From NCBI RefSeq assembly GCF_006345805.1, contig NC_043009.1, positions 2,232,001 to 2,296,000 on the forward strand: a DNA stretch of 64,000 nt, written 5' to 3'. Below are positions 14,461-28,910 of this stretch, piece by piece. The notes under the pieces were generated by a model. The model ran no database searches. It was not told the origin of the DNA and worked only from the letters and a program-made list of their open reading frames with translations. Position numbers and translations under genes: made by a program. This DNA comes from Octopus sinensis. Its lineage: Eukaryota. The stretch's first letter is position 1; the number at the start of each line of letters is the position of its first letter.

Positions 14461-14597
14461 AGATCAATAAATGGTGGGGTTGTGTTGACCGCACGTGGAG
14501 AAATGATAAGCAAGGAAAAATTGTAAAAATGCAGAATGCTCAAATGAAAGAAAATTTTAATGAAATGAGAAATTGATAAAATATAATGTGCCTTATG

Positions 14598-16150
14598 GTG
14601 GCTGGTACCTCCTGTGAAACACACCGCCTGAGTAATTTCCTAGACATCCTTTTGAAACCTTTCCATTACCCACATCAAAAGTTTCATTAGGGATGATCTG
14701 GACATGCTCAAACACCTCCCGAAAACAGTTAACGAGGAGGCACTCCTGGTATCCTTTGATGTCATCAACCTCTACACCAACATCCTACATGAATATGGTA
14801 TAGAGGCAATTGACTTCTGGCTAGAAAAACACCCAGAGACATTCCCTGACCGCATTAACAAGACTTTTATTACATAATCTCTTAAGTTCATTCTGACAAA
14901 CAATTTTTTCTCTTCGACGACACACACTACCGTCAAAAATGTGGTATTGCGATGGGTACCAAGGCTGCACCAGTCCTTGCGAACCTCATAATGGGTTTCT
15001 TCGAACTATCACTCTATGAAATATCAAGCCAGAAATTTGGACATGTTTTCCACACCTACCTAATGGAAAACTGGAAAAGGTATTTGCATGATTGTTTCAT
15101 CATATGGAAAGAACCTTATGAAAAACTCCTGGAATTTAAAACCATACTAAACAACATACATCCCAACATCCAATTCACTATGGAATTAAGCAAACTTCAT
15201 CTCCTTTTCCTTGATCTCCTAATTATAAAAACACCTAAGAACCAAATCATAACAGACATCTACCACAAACCTACAGACTCACAACAATACCTCCTCTTTA
15301 GTTCATGCCACCCAAAACACACCAAGACAAATATCCCTTTCAATTTAGCTAAAAGGGTATGCACCATTGTCTCGGATCCAAAAACACGAGAAATACGCCT
15401 TCAAGAGCTCAAAAAACACTATTACAACGTCAATATCCCTCCACCCTTATAGAGTATGGAATAAGACGCGTCAAAGAACTATATAACACTACACTGAAAA
15501 CCACCCAACCTAACACCACACACAACCTCAAAATACTTCCATACATTCCCACCCACAACCCCAAAAATATCGAAGCATACACCACAATCATACAAAACCT
15601 CAGTCTACTGTCAACAGACCCAAAAATGAAAAACATTATAAATACACACAAAATCCTCAAATGTAAAAGGCAACACAAATCTTTAAAAAAACTCTTGACA
15701 AATGCCAAACTTCACACACCACATCCACCCTCAACAGTAAAAAAATGTGCACGCTCAAACTGTGGCACCTGCCCCTTCCTACTTGAAGGCTCTGAATTTA
15801 CCTTCAAACAAGGTACGAAGTTTAAAATCAAGAATAACTTCTCCTGTTCCTCCGAGAACCTCATCTACGTTCTCACATGCGCTGGTTGCCAACATAATTA
15901 TGTTGGACAAACGAGTCTCCCGTTACGTAAACGAGTAGCGGTGCATAAAGAACAAATAAATCTCCCGGAATACCGACAAATTCCACTGAGTGACCACATA
16001 GACTCATGCGCTAAAGACTTAAACCCCAAATTCTATATATTCCCCTTCTACCAATGTAAAGACGGGATCACCACACGGGAGAGAATTAACAAGGAGAATC
16101 TCTTTATTGAAAAATTCCAAACACAACTTAATATGCAAACTCCTCGTTGA
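14598..16150 (+). pseudogene. PLE reverse transcriptase + GIY-YIG endonuclease (frameshifted)
   Basis: RT motifs LVSFDVINLYTNI, GIAMGTKAAPVLANLIMG and WKRYLHDCFIIW (YxDD changed to YLHD), then DIYHKPTDSQQYL. Cys linker CARSNCGTC. Endonuclease NLIYVLTCAGCQHNYVGQT...R...H. Frameshifts near 14665, 14910 and 15410 and a stop near 14876. Covers ORFs 14952-15452 and 15359-16150. Confidence 0.92.
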
Positions 16151-16781
16151 TCAAACTTTCTTTTTCTACCTCATTCTTCATGGATGGACTAACACAAATA
16201 TATAATGATACCATGCATTCATCACTTCAAGCTAAAACTTATATTCTTTAAATATCATTTTTACTATTGTTTTTATTACTATCATTTTTATTATATATGA
16301 TATAACAATCTGAAATGCAATTGTCTATGCAAATTTATATAATTAGAAAATAATAGAAATAAAGTGCTAAAATCTGAAAGTTAAGTTAACAAACAATTAT
16401 ATAAAAAAGATAATGCAAATGAAGCTAAAATGATAATTTTATAATTTGGGGTTTATTAACAGCCTTTATTGAAGAACTCAAAAGAGTTGTCTCCCCTTAT
16501 TCACAACACAGGAACTGAAGAACCACAATTACTACTACTTCCTGTTTTGCCAACATCCTTAATTAAACCAAACAACACATGCTCTTAATCCCATTGGATC
16601 CTAATACCTCAAGGTAATTTTTTCGTGAACAATCATTAAACTCAAGATACACAACGAACTCACAATGTATCGGAGTACTTATTTTTTAATTTTTGTACAT
16701 ATTTATTATTATTCTTTTGCAAAAAACAATGCAATTTTCTTTTTTCCCCTTTCTAATTTTTAAAAAACTTCTTAACCTAAA

Positions 16782-16823
16782 TATTCTTCACAAGTCTTAC
16801 AATGACGAAAACCGGTTTGAATA
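16782..16823 (+). ncRNA. Decayed hammerhead motif in the PLE 3' repeat
   Basis: Helix I TATTC/GAATA; helix II GTC-ttacaat-GAC; GAAA; palindromic helix III ACCGGT. The core reads TTCACAA instead of CTGANGA. Confidence 0.45.
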
Positions 16824-16915
16824 AATATATATTTATATATTTTATCAATTTCTCATTTCATTAAAATTTTCTTTCATTTGAGCATTCTGCATTTTTACAA
16901 TTTTTCCTTGCTTAT

Positions 16916-17042
<127 letters not shown>

Positions 17043-17645
17043 GATAACGTAATAAATGTGAAAATGTATCATACATTATTGTGAGCGCATGCTATTGAAT
17101 TCTCATTAAAATCAACTTAGAGGTGAATGACTTCCCAAGACGTCATCCAAGACATAATTCTATGGAATTACATTTTGTCGACGACTCAAAATATCTCTGC
17201 CAAATCACAAAAGTAAAAAAGGAATCATAGCAACCATTTTATCTCATGGCCTCACTTTTGACTCTGTAATACCTGCTGGTTTTTTCCTTATCATTCCGCT
17301 ATAGAACGTAACTTAAAATATCGATAAACTTAATTCCTAAACGTTCGCTTCTCTCCTTAGGAGAAACAATGATATACATGTTTAGTCACCCATTAAGAAT
17401 AGCATTTGAATCTCTTTCAAATCCTTCTCGATAGATTTTATCAATGATAAGGCGTAATAGTTGATGCTTTCCTAGGTGCATCAATAATGTTACTATATAG
17501 TAACGACAGGAATGTCCTTAACTGTAGATCGGAGCGATCAAGATTGAGCTTGGGTTAAAAAGAAAGGACAACGATCGCAACAGTGAAAACATAGATTGTA
17601 TTAATAACGACGAGCGTGACAATAATTATGACAACAGCAACAACA

Positions 17646-18070
17646 GTGGAGGCGCAATGTCTCAGTGGTTAGGGCAGCGGGCTCGCGGTCCTAAGAACGC
17701 GGTTTCGATTCCCAGCCCGGGCATTGTGAGTGTTATTGAACAAAAACACCTAAACTCCACGAGGCTCTGGTGGTTGCGGTGGTGAACCCGCTGTACTCTT
17801 TCGCCAAAACTTTCTCTCACTCTTTCTTCCTACTTCTGCCACAAAGCAGAGGAACAATGGTGTAACCCACTATGGTGTGGTAAACTTTCAGGCCCTAGTC
17901 TGGATTGCGAATCCTCTGTACCCCAGGATGGTTCAACTGTCCACCCGTAAAAGCCACCGTTTACGGAATGAGGATAACAACGTAGCTTTCGCCCCCGTGC
18001 AACCGCCAGTTTGTTCGCGTGTGGTGGGTGGATCTTCAAGTTGCCACACGCATTCTTAGTAGCTTAGAGT
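17646..18070 (+). mobile_element. tRNA-derived SINE type E with a distinct 3' tail
   Basis: Head gtggaggcgcaatgtctcagtggttagggcagc...ggtttcgattccc shared with 35414 and 63914; sequence after about 17830 is unlike the other copies. Confidence 0.75.
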
Positions 18071-20043
18071 AGGCTCGAATTAGAGATTATTCTTTGTAGC
18101 TAATGGCGTGATTCCTGATGGGAATAATAAGAAAAAGAAGAAGAAGAAGAAGAAGAAGAAGAAGAAGAAGAAGAAGAAGAAGAAGATAATAGCAGCAACA
18201 ATAATAGTAGCAACATCCATGAAAACTGATAAATGAATGTTTATAGAGATTTAAGTGTGACGTTTAAATGATCGTGGATTTGGGTTTTCTCCAGGCTAAC
18301 TTACTTTAGATGTACTATATTCAGACAAAGACTTCAAGCAGTGCAGCTAAGATATGATTGGTTACGAGTATCGTAGACGAATAAAAATGTAACAAGAATA
18401 CTATATTGCTACGAAAGTTTGAAATGAATTATTCATATACATTTCTCATTGTCCACAGAAACAATATACAAACACAAACAAGAAGAACAAATCGACAATA
18501 GAAAAGTCCTTAGCAATAGGAGGTAAATATTTTAGTGATAGAGCTCAACAAGGGAGTTTGTCTAGTACTAGCTATTGATTGGGTTATTATATATTTCTTT
18601 CTAACGTCGGTATATTATAGCGATAAACCGAAGGAAAAATGTTAAACGGACAAAGCTATTAAATACAATGGTCTTTTACTGACATTTCTCAGTTCCATTT
18701 CATTGGTTATGCTATTTCATTTATTTTGACTTGTTGTTTGTTTAGCCATGAATCTTGTTACTGATATTTTTAATATTATTCTCTCATTATGACGAGAGGC
18801 GTACGGAGGAATTAGTTGGGTGTGGAACAAAACGACTTCCGATATACTAATGACGGCGTGAGAGTGAGTGTTAGCAATAGTGGATGGATTAAACGTTTTG
18901 CAGCATTTAATTCCTCTTCGTCTTTTTCTGAGTTCAAATCCCGCTAAAGACCACTCTTGATTTCATATATCCACAAACACGATCGATTTACACGATGTCA
19001 TCCACTTACAATGATGAAGGTGATAAAGGACATTTCTGCGAAGCGTATAGCAAATTGATTTATAGTATCAAAGTGAAAACAATTTGTCAAAGGCATTTGT
19101 AAAGCCTCAATGACCCCATACAGCGATAAGTGAAGAAGGAGAAGAAATGACGAAGGTTTGTTATTTGGATGTAGATCAATTGTGGACACTCCATAGTTAG
19201 ATTCGTTTCGTATGTCTAATATGATGGGATTTCATATTTAAGCAGAGAGAAATTTAAGGTAGAATTTGTAGGTATCTCTAGAAAAATGGGCGTAGCGTAC
19301 AAAGATACGCTTTGCTGCTTTTTCCTTGTGAGTGAGAGATAGCGGTGTAAGTAGATGAACGATTGATCCAGGAGTTGTTCCTGTTCGTTGGATAAAGAGA
19401 ATCACATATCACAACAGAGGAGGATACTCAGGGCATTAGTCTTCACTGTATTCTCTAGAGAAGTGCTAGGACATGGCCAATATTTTTGAAGAAATGTGTC
19501 TTTCCTAATTGTATATTATTTAGAAACTGGTAAATGAAAGTATCCCTAAACATGTACATTATTATTCACTGTCTCACATGAAGGCCTTTGTCATATTTAT
19601 GTTGAGAAATAGTGACCTGAAACCAAGCTACATACAAAGAATTTGATAAAACATACAACAGCGTGAAGTGGATTTGTGGTGGCAATCGTTCCCTCTTCCT
19701 CTCACGGCATTGCTCTTTTATAATTTCTATATTTCTGTTACTCTCAAATATTGGAATAGACAGAAAAAGTGAATGGTAGACTCTCACGGAGAGGAAGATA
19801 TTGGTCGAATGAGTTGCAGGAGAGAGATTGTAATGATGGTTGCAGTATGATTGTGTGAAATAATACATTCCATTATCCTTCGGTGTATTTGATATTTCAA
19901 GTCTTTTCCCCATTGTATGTCTCTATGGCCTGCTTAAATATGGAGAAGCATATCAGAAGAGGAGACCACATGTAAATAAGAGGAAGAGAATTGAGGACAC
20001 AATACCGGTGGATTTGAAAATTAACGAACACACATCTGTATAT

Positions 20044-20350
20044 GTGGAGGCAGATGGCCTAGTGGGTAGAGCAGCGGAATCACGGTTGAGGGATCTCGAG
20101 TTCGAATCTCAGACCGGGCGATGTGTGTGTTTATGAGCGAAACATCTAAGCTCCACGCGGCTCCAGCAGGAGGTAATGGCAACACTTCTGCTGACTCTTT
20201 CACCACAAATTTCTCTCACTCTTTATTCCTGCATCTTGCAGCTCACCTGCGACGGACCGGCGTCCCGTCCAGGTGGGGAACCTATACGCCAAGGAAACCG
20301 GGAAACCGGCCCTATGAGCCGGGCGTGGCTCGAGCAGAAATAAACAAACA
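20044..20350 (+). mobile_element. tRNA-derived SINE type E
   Basis: A-box-like tggcctagtggg and B-box-like gttcgaatc; tail ggcgtcccgtccaggtgggg...gaaaccggg; near-colinear with 25592-25882. Confidence 0.85.
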
Positions 20351-20568
20351 TCTGCACATAATTAATCCGTTGGGAAACCCCTCTGATAATACAATTCAAG
20401 TTCAGAGTAACTGGGATTCCAACTTAAAAGGCTTCCGTCGCCTTTTATTCCTGAACCACAAATCTTAACAATTTTTTAACGTAACCAATTTAGAAACGAC
20501 AACTGAAATGTCTGAGGGGGCATATCCCTTCAGAATATTACCCTGAGAAATTGGCGTAGATATAAAAT

Positions 20569-20990
20569 AGGAGTGGATGTGTGGTCAGAATTTCGCTTCC
20601 CAGCCACATAGTTCCGGGTTTGGTCTCACTGCATAGCATCTTCGGTAAATGTCTTCTGCTATAGTCTCGGACCAACCAAAGACTTTTGAATGGATTTGGT
20701 AGACGGGAACATAAAGAAGCTCCTTGTCTGTCTGTCTGTCTGCCTGTATGTATGTATGTATGCATGTATATATGTATGTATGCATGCATTTGTGTGTTTG
20801 TGTTTGTCCTCCCCCACCGATGTTGGTGTGTTTACCACTCCGTACACTAGTGGTTCGGCAAAAAGTGACCGTTAGAACCCAAAATAGGCTTACAAAGAAT
20901 GTCTTGGGGGCGGTTTGTTCGACTGAACGCAGTGCTCCAGCATGGCCGCAGTCAAATGTCCGAAAGAAGTAAACGAAAGTAAAAGAAGAC
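20569..20990 (+). mobile_element. tRNA-derived SINE type A (diverged)
   Basis: Colinear with 5114-5521, including the internal microsatellite. Confidence 0.75.
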
Positions 20991-22109
20991 GAAACATGCA
21001 TTCTTATTGAAAACACATAGCTTGACCAGACCCAGGTAAACAGGAGTCCATCTACTTATATACATTTCAAATCTACGAACCAATGAATGAAGCATAAACT
21101 TGACCATATTTATCCAAAACAAATTTCATTTCGGGTGCATGAAGAATTGTCTTTCATTAAAATAAAAAATTCTAGCGGCATAAATGCTCCCTCATTACAT
21201 TCTGTGCTCAAATTTCACCGACGTCATTTCTGCATATTGCGCTTTCTTGGTCGATGAAATATTGTACCAAAAAAGTTACCGGTGTCGTTGTAATCGACTT
21301 ACCCACATCCAATAAAATGTACACCATATACTTACATTAAGAAAAAAAAAAACGTTAGAGTGTCATTTGATCTGGTTGTTTATCTCCTGATTTCTTATTC
21401 TGCATTGGTCAGTATTTACTTTAACCATTTCTTGATCTCCAAAATCAAGCATTAGTCAACAACTGGGGTCAATGTATTAAAGAACACCTTTCCAACAATA
21501 TATTGTTAGCAATTTATAAGCAATTATTATCATTAATACTACGATTAGCATAATTGCAGCTGCTGCTGGTGCTACTGCTGCTACGAGATAATGTTGTTGA
21601 TTGTTTGAATAATCTTAACACAGTATGTTGGGCAAACTTATACAAAAATGCGGATATAATAATTGATATATCTTCACATAGAGGCAGTCATACATGCATA
21701 TAAATACACACAAGATATATAATTCACTATTTAGGGACAAATGAGTACAAATTTTAAAATGAGATAATATTGGAAACAGAAAGACGCACTTATTCACATT
21801 AGAAAACTACGCACGGGTGTATGTAATTAGAGATCAATTTTAAATATAAATGTTGACATTCACAGTCATGTTCATATATGTATATAAACACGCATAAATA
21901 TATTTTTACATATCTGTGCGTATCGTATATATACATAGATACACAGATGCATTCATATATGCATATATATACATATATGCACACACACAAAACGTATATA
22001 TACATATACACATGCATATATAATATATACACATATATATATGTATAATATATATATATATATATGTATAATATATATACATACATATATATGTGCATGT
22101 ATATATTTA

Positions 22110-22204
<95 letters not shown>

Positions 22205-22629
22205 ATGCGTAAGAATGCATGCATGTATACATACACATGCATGCATGTGTATAAATATATCTGATAATTCCCCTCCTCGCTACTCAGAGTTTCCAGGTGG
22301 CGCTTAATGTATTATCTGCGTATAAATATATAATTTTACGCAATAACATGCAGAGACTTGTCTTTCGCTCGATTTTATAATAAATAACGTTTATGAAAGC
22401 CATACATCTACACATAGCTATATATTATAAATATATATACGTTTATACAGTTTTATACATACATACATACTTACATACATACATACATATACATCATGTA
22501 TTATATATCTGCATCCATATGCATGCGTATATGGATGGGTACCTTCTCTCTTTCTGTGTGTGTGTAAGTTTTTGTGTATAAAAATGTATACACAAACACA
22601 TAAACACGCATACATATATACATACAGAA

Positions 22630-22704
<75 letters not shown>

Positions 22705-23196
22705 CATATATATGCATGCACACATTTTTATGACTATATTTATACCCATGTAAATATACACAATGATATATTTTCGTGTGCGCATATGTTTATATTAAAG
22801 GCAACCATACAACTATAATTATTTTAGAGGACAATAGACTTGCATGGTTTTATCGAGAAATACTAAAATAGAACCGATGCGTTAAAAATGCATAGACAAA
22901 TCACTCTTCTTTTACTCAATAGGAAAACTTTACCACAGCTAAAATTTCTACCTAACTTGCTTAAATCAGGTTTTATTAATAACTTCTTTTAAATACATTT
23001 TCCAAATTCTATAACGTGATTTTAAAGAAAAACCACAAATCAAAAACAACGAGAAGAAATATTCAACGAGGAAAACCCAACAAGATTCGTTTATTTATCA
23101 AAGTCATACAGCTTTGTATCACGGGATGTAGTGTACGGGAATATAAATATGGGGATGGCTATAACACAGACACTTCGATGCAGCAGCTGCTGTCGT

Positions 23197-23266
<70 letters not shown>

Positions 23267-23431
23267 GTCATACACACGTTGGTCCAGTGGGACTGAACCC
23301 TGACCCATATGGTGTTAGTAAGCAAGCTACTTACCACACAGCCAATCCTGCGCTTATATGTTTGTGTGTATACATATATACATACGTACATATATATATA
23401 TACATACATTCATACATACATACATACATAT

Positions 23432-23481
<50 letters not shown>

Positions 23482-23489
<8 letters not shown>

Positions 23490-23722
23490 CCAATTAAGGT
23501 CTGAACACGAAAAGTGGACAGTCAACATGCTAGATATAGACGTCAAATCGCCATTCTCCACAAAGATTATGTTCTCAAATAAAATAAAATTCAGCTGAAT
23601 TTTATTTTATTTTATTTTATTTTATTTGAGAACATAATCTTTGTGGAGAATGGCGATTTGACGTCTATATCTAGCATGTTGACTGTCCACTTTTCGTGTT
23701 CAGTCCTTAATTGGTATATATA
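23482..23722. repeat. Loopless palindrome (foldback), ~113-bp arms
   Basis: Centre TCAG|CTGA at 23594/23595; arms are reverse complements with one mismatch plus three extra TTTTA units on the right arm. Confidence 0.92.
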
Positions 23723-23829
23723 AATATTTTAATCTTCGGATTCTTTTTAATATGCTAGACCACTGGTTTTAATTGACTAATATCAATTTCTACCCTTAGT
23801 TAATTTATATATATATATATATATATATA

Positions 23830-24683
23830 TAAAACTTAGAACTTAGACAAAACTTAGATATATTTCGACCAAAGATTGGTGCAGGCCATGTCTAACTTAA
23901 TATCACCAGTTGCTAGGATTATCTGAATCCTTTTTAAGTGAAGTTTTGTGGTGTCATGGTCTAGTCTAGTAGGGGATTCTTGTTGATTGAGATGTATCCA
24001 TGTATAGGTGGCTTATCTGGTATTCCTTGAATTATTTTTTCCAGATTCCGTTTAAAGGACCTGATGAGGAAAAGCAATTGTCTTGCAGCGTATTTATGTG
24101 TTGTGATCCTGAATCGGGTAGGGGTCGTATAGCACGTGGTCCTAGCCTTGGATAAATTTTGAAGTTAAAAGCTAATGTTGAACTCCTTTGGGCAATGCTG
24201 GTGGTATATTCTCCACATCGTGCAAATGATGTATCACACACGGCGGCGCTGGAGAGAATATAGTTTCAATGCTTTAAGGTGGTCCCATTAATCGAGATCA
24301 CTCATGCTTTTAATTCGTTTAGTGAATGCCCTTTGGAGTGATTCAAATTTCGGGATATTTTGTTCTGAATGTGGCGACCAAAGGGGGCACCAGTATTTAA
24401 GTTGTGGCCGTACAAAATGGGAGAAAAGTGGAATGATGACACCTTGTTCTCTGGACAGGAAGGTTCTTAATATCTAAGAGCTCATCCTACGAGCTATATC
24501 GAACTTATTTTTGATGTGGGCACTCCAATTTATATTGTTATAGGCAATTACTTCTAGGTCTCTGATATTATTAAATGCTGTGAGATATTTTCCTAAAGGA
24601 AGAGAGTATGGTTGTTTTAGCATAATATTTTTTTCAAAACGCATGTGCTCAAATTTTCCCTCCCTTAGTTGCATTTTGTTTTA
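23830..24683 (-). mobile_element. 5'-truncated CR1/L2-type LINE 3' end (RT C-terminal region, decayed)
   Basis: Minus translation ...IRDLEVIAYNNINWSAHI...ILRTFLSRE...FVRPQLKYWCPLWSPH...FESLQRAFTKRI...LKLYSLQRRR, matching the RDLGV / VRPxLEY / ExVQRxxTK / LxxRR pattern; several stops. Confidence 0.8.
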
Positions 24684-24752
24684 GTCAAAGGCATGTATAT
24701 ATATATATGTACGCATGTATCTATATATACATATATATATACCTACAAATAT

Positions 24753-24899
24753 ATATAAAATACAGTGTACATTAACACACATTAAGAGGCTTCCATCATA
24801 GGAATCCTTTACGCTAGAAAGAACAGTTAAAATTCTAACGTAAAGGATTCCTATGATGGAAGCCTCTTAATGTGTTTAAATGTACACTGTATTTTATAT
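24753..24899. mobile_element. Hairpin MITE candidate (Tc1/mariner-like TA|CAGTG...CACTG|TA)
   Basis: 61-bp arms 24753-24813 and 24839-24899 with 2 mismatches; 25-nt spacer. Confidence 0.6.
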
Positions 24900-25081
24900 G
24901 AATAATATATAGTCTATTGACTAATATTTTTACGCTAGGCCACTGGTAGTAGAAATTTCTACAAATATATATATATTATATATATATATCTGTGTGTGTG
25001 TGTGTGTCTGTGTGTGTTTATCTGTGTGTGTATAAATATATAAATAGAGATAGATAAATAGATAGAAAGATTTATAGATAG

Positions 25082-25200
<119 letters not shown>

Positions 25201-25591
25201 CATCTATGCATATACATATACATACATACATGCAGATCTGCATACATACATACATACGTAAGCCAATGACTCCAAGAAGTACCAAATTTTTCATACAAAA
25301 TCATTGTAAATGCGATTAATGGAATTAATTCTCTTTATACAGTAATCTAGTATATTTCTTGAAATATATTTTGCTCGTATTTTCTCTACATATGCATTTT
25401 CTGCATATTTTGTTTTATTTCCTCCATTTGTTCCGTATTTTACTTAAGTCTACCGGATTTGTAGAGAATCAATATGATATGAATCTGTTATATCCAAGTC
25501 TTCTGTCGGTTATATGGTTCAAAATAACTTTATTTCTTATCTAAACGTTTGAGAAGACAAATTATAATTATAAACTGATATATCAAACTTA

Positions 25592-25882
25592 GTGGAGGTA
25601 CATAGCCTAGTGGTTAGAGCAGCGGTCTTGTGGTCGAGGGATAGCGGGTTCGAATCTCAGATCGGCCGATGTATGTGTTTATGAGCGAAACACCTAAGCT
25701 CCACGCGGCTTCGTCAGGAGGTAATGGCGAACTTCTGCTGACTCGTCATAACTTTCTCACACACTTTCCTCTTGCAGCTCACTTGCTACGGACCGGCGTC
25801 CCGTCCAGGTGGGGAACTTATGAGCCAAGGAAACCGGGAAACCTGCCCTTATGAGCCCGGCATAGCTCGAGAAGGAACAAAC
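25592..25882 (+). mobile_element. tRNA-derived SINE type E
   Basis: Colinear with 20044-20350; approximate TSD atatc(a/t)aactta. Confidence 0.85.
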
Positions 25883-26712
25883 ATATCTAACTTAATGTTC
25901 TTATATTTTTTGTGTCATTAAGTTCATAACGTTTTTGCCATCTTACCTTCCGTGCTTCTTCAGGAAATTCGTCCTGCCTCATTTTTGGACCTGCTGAATA
26001 GTTTATTAAACCTACGAATGTTCGAAATTAAGAGAACATCAGTATATGCCATAGGCCGCTGAAGAAGCCCGGTAGCTCCAACGCTCGAAAAACGTTGTTA
26101 CTATAGCAAACAAGATGGTAACAAGAGTCCATTTATGTCATTCATATTTTTGAGTTTTAAGTATAGAAATGAAGTTATTTGACATTTCGATAAGTTCTAA
26201 ATAGTTAATTCTAATTAAGATTCTGTGAATTTACAGACATCCTAGTGGAGCCAGGTTGGAGGGCTCGGGGAATATGCACCAACATTCGACGTTCTGAGTT
26301 GAAAACTATCACGGTAAAATTTCTTTTCGACCATTTCGGGGGCGCCGAAAAAATTAAATAAATAAAGGCGAAAAAGAAGTATGGAGTCAAAGTGTTGGAT
26401 TTGGCAGGAAGTATGATGGAACCAAATGATTTTCAGTTTTTGTTCCGTTTCTTGACTTTTTGTATTACTTGCTCGAAAATTTCTGTGCTACAGTTGGGTG
26501 GTAGACTCAATGTACAGCTTGGGTTGACACTGTCAACGTACGCACATGCACACATGCATGCACATACACGCACAAACGAACACGCGCACACGTACACATG
26601 CACACACATACACGCATCCATTTGTATAAGTCTAGGTCCTTTGTTTAAAGGAGACAAGATCGAGCATCTATGTATGTATATACGTATCTATCTATCTATC
26701 TATCTACATGTA

Positions 26713-26780
<68 letters not shown>

Positions 26781-26974
26781 CGTCTGTCTGCCTGTCTATC
26801 TGTCTGTCTATCCATCTACGTAGCTATCAATGGACCTAGTCGATAGGGATAGGTACTCCGTGGACCTCAACCAAGTTGAAGATTTCAAACCATTTGAATA
26901 CTACCACATGTTTTCTGTATTGAGCATTTTTAGCTTTTATTTTTTGTCTGCACACACACACACACACACACACC

Positions 26975-27008
<34 letters not shown>

Positions 27009-28469
27009 TAACACAAACGAGTGTCCACATATACTGCCGATACACAGGTTCTTATTGAAATACCTTGATTCTATTGGATCCTACAAATAATTAATGGATG
27101 CACACACGCGCACGCACATTTGTCTGTGAAGGTCTAGGTCCGCAGGTTGCAGGAGACAAGATCGGACATCTAACATGTTGATGAAATTTGTTGAGCAACA
27201 GATAACTTTCCACGACGGTCTTCTTATCCACCGACGATGAACCTGTCATTGGTTTTCATGGAATGTAAGTTTTGAAGGGAACTTAAGTTTTGGGATAATC
27301 CTGCTTGCTCAAGTGTAACTTAATCGTCATTTCAAAATTATGGCACATCCTTTAGAGGCAGAGATAATTTTGATAAGTCAATAACTTATGTTGTATCTCA
27401 TTTGACATGCTAGTATATAGTAGTACATCTAATAGACAAACTGCACGCCTTGCTTAAATGGTGATAATTCATAGTGTATTGAAAAAGAAAAGAAAAGTAG
27501 ATACAAAAAACGTGGCTGTGTTCAAATGGAAGACAAAGCATACACAACAACAAATTTCTCTAGACAGTTGTCAGTAACCCTGACATTAAATATCTAGAGA
27601 TATCCGCCTGTGTTCGTTATACGACAAACTGTTTTTCAACATTTCATGTTTCGCATGATTTTGCCCGGAAAATTCCACATCTGAATTGAATTCATTTCTT
27701 TTCACCTAAAGTAGCCAGCATTTATATACGAATATTATATTTAACTGATCGACACAATGTGAAACTTATATTTCAGTATATAGGTTAGCAACTCTAGATT
27801 AAACTATCTTTGAATTTCAATACATCTAATACATAGACGATGTTGAACCAATTTAGAGTAAATAGGAATCTTTTATGCACGGTTGCCACAATATTACTGT
27901 CTTCAAAATTACAATGTATGGCTGCTTATTCTTTGAAATATCACAGTGCTTCTACGACAAAATCTGGCTGCCACTTTCTTTAGTCCAGACACATTAGATG
28001 AAACAGAAATGGAGACATTTTCTTTCTCTCCTGTTTTGCGTTTCTTCTGATAATCTTGTCATTTCATAATTCTTTGTTTCTTTTGATTCTTTCATTCATT
28101 TTTCTTTCTACCATTCTTTCGTTCTTTCTTTCGTGTTTTGTTTCATTTTTCATTGTATATTTCCGTTTCACATATAATTTCTAATTACCTTTAACCCTCC
28201 GACATCTTGCTCGTATACACTCAGACTCTCTCTCTCTCGTTCTCTCCCTCTCTCTCTCTCTCATACGTATGTATATATGTATTTTCATGATACAATTTCA
28301 TCATCGAGTTTTCTGGAGTTTCGGTTACTTGGTCTCACTACATTGCACTCCTTTGCATTCTATGTGGACTGATAACCGAGTCTGTGAGAGGAGCTTTCTA
28401 CGATAACTACATCTTACACTACTCATTTATGTATTTCTATGTATGTAAGTATGTATATATGTATATATG

Positions 28470-28504
<35 letters not shown>

Positions 28505-28910
28505 TTCTTTCTCCTTCACTCGCTCTCGCTCTCTCTTTCTCTAAACACACACATACACACACATATATATATACACATACATACACACACATTTGATTAA
28601 CTTTCATATAGTTTCCCATCCAATAGGTGGAACGAGGACTATTCTAGGGACCTTTATTCCATGGTGAAATGCTTCTTCACCACAAAATAGACTAATCAGC
28701 AACATCAAAATAGTGTCCTACACATTACATTTAATCTTAACGACACAGGTTTTAACTGTATATTCTATAATAATGTCGATCAGCCTCAGCGTTTTCACAG
28801 AAATGTACTTATATTCTGTAAAAGAATCTCAGCCTTATCGTATAACGAAACCTCATTGCATACATTAGTAAATGTATACAAGAACGCATTAACATCTGGT
28901 GGTTTTAAAG

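Larger units (their letters stand above)
14461..16915 (+). mobile_element. 5'-truncated Penelope-like retroelement (Neptune-like) with an inverted 3'-end fragment at its 5' junction
   Basis: RT plus C-terminal GIY-YIG coding remnant; 80-bp inverted repeat 14506-14585 vs 16836-16915; (TA)n tracts on both sides. Confidence 0.9.

Noticed and set aside
26600-27170. Repeated tctaggtcc...ggagacaagatcg motif about 500 bp apart
   Set aside because: Only about 40 bp of diverged similarity amid CA/TCTA repeats; cannot define an element.
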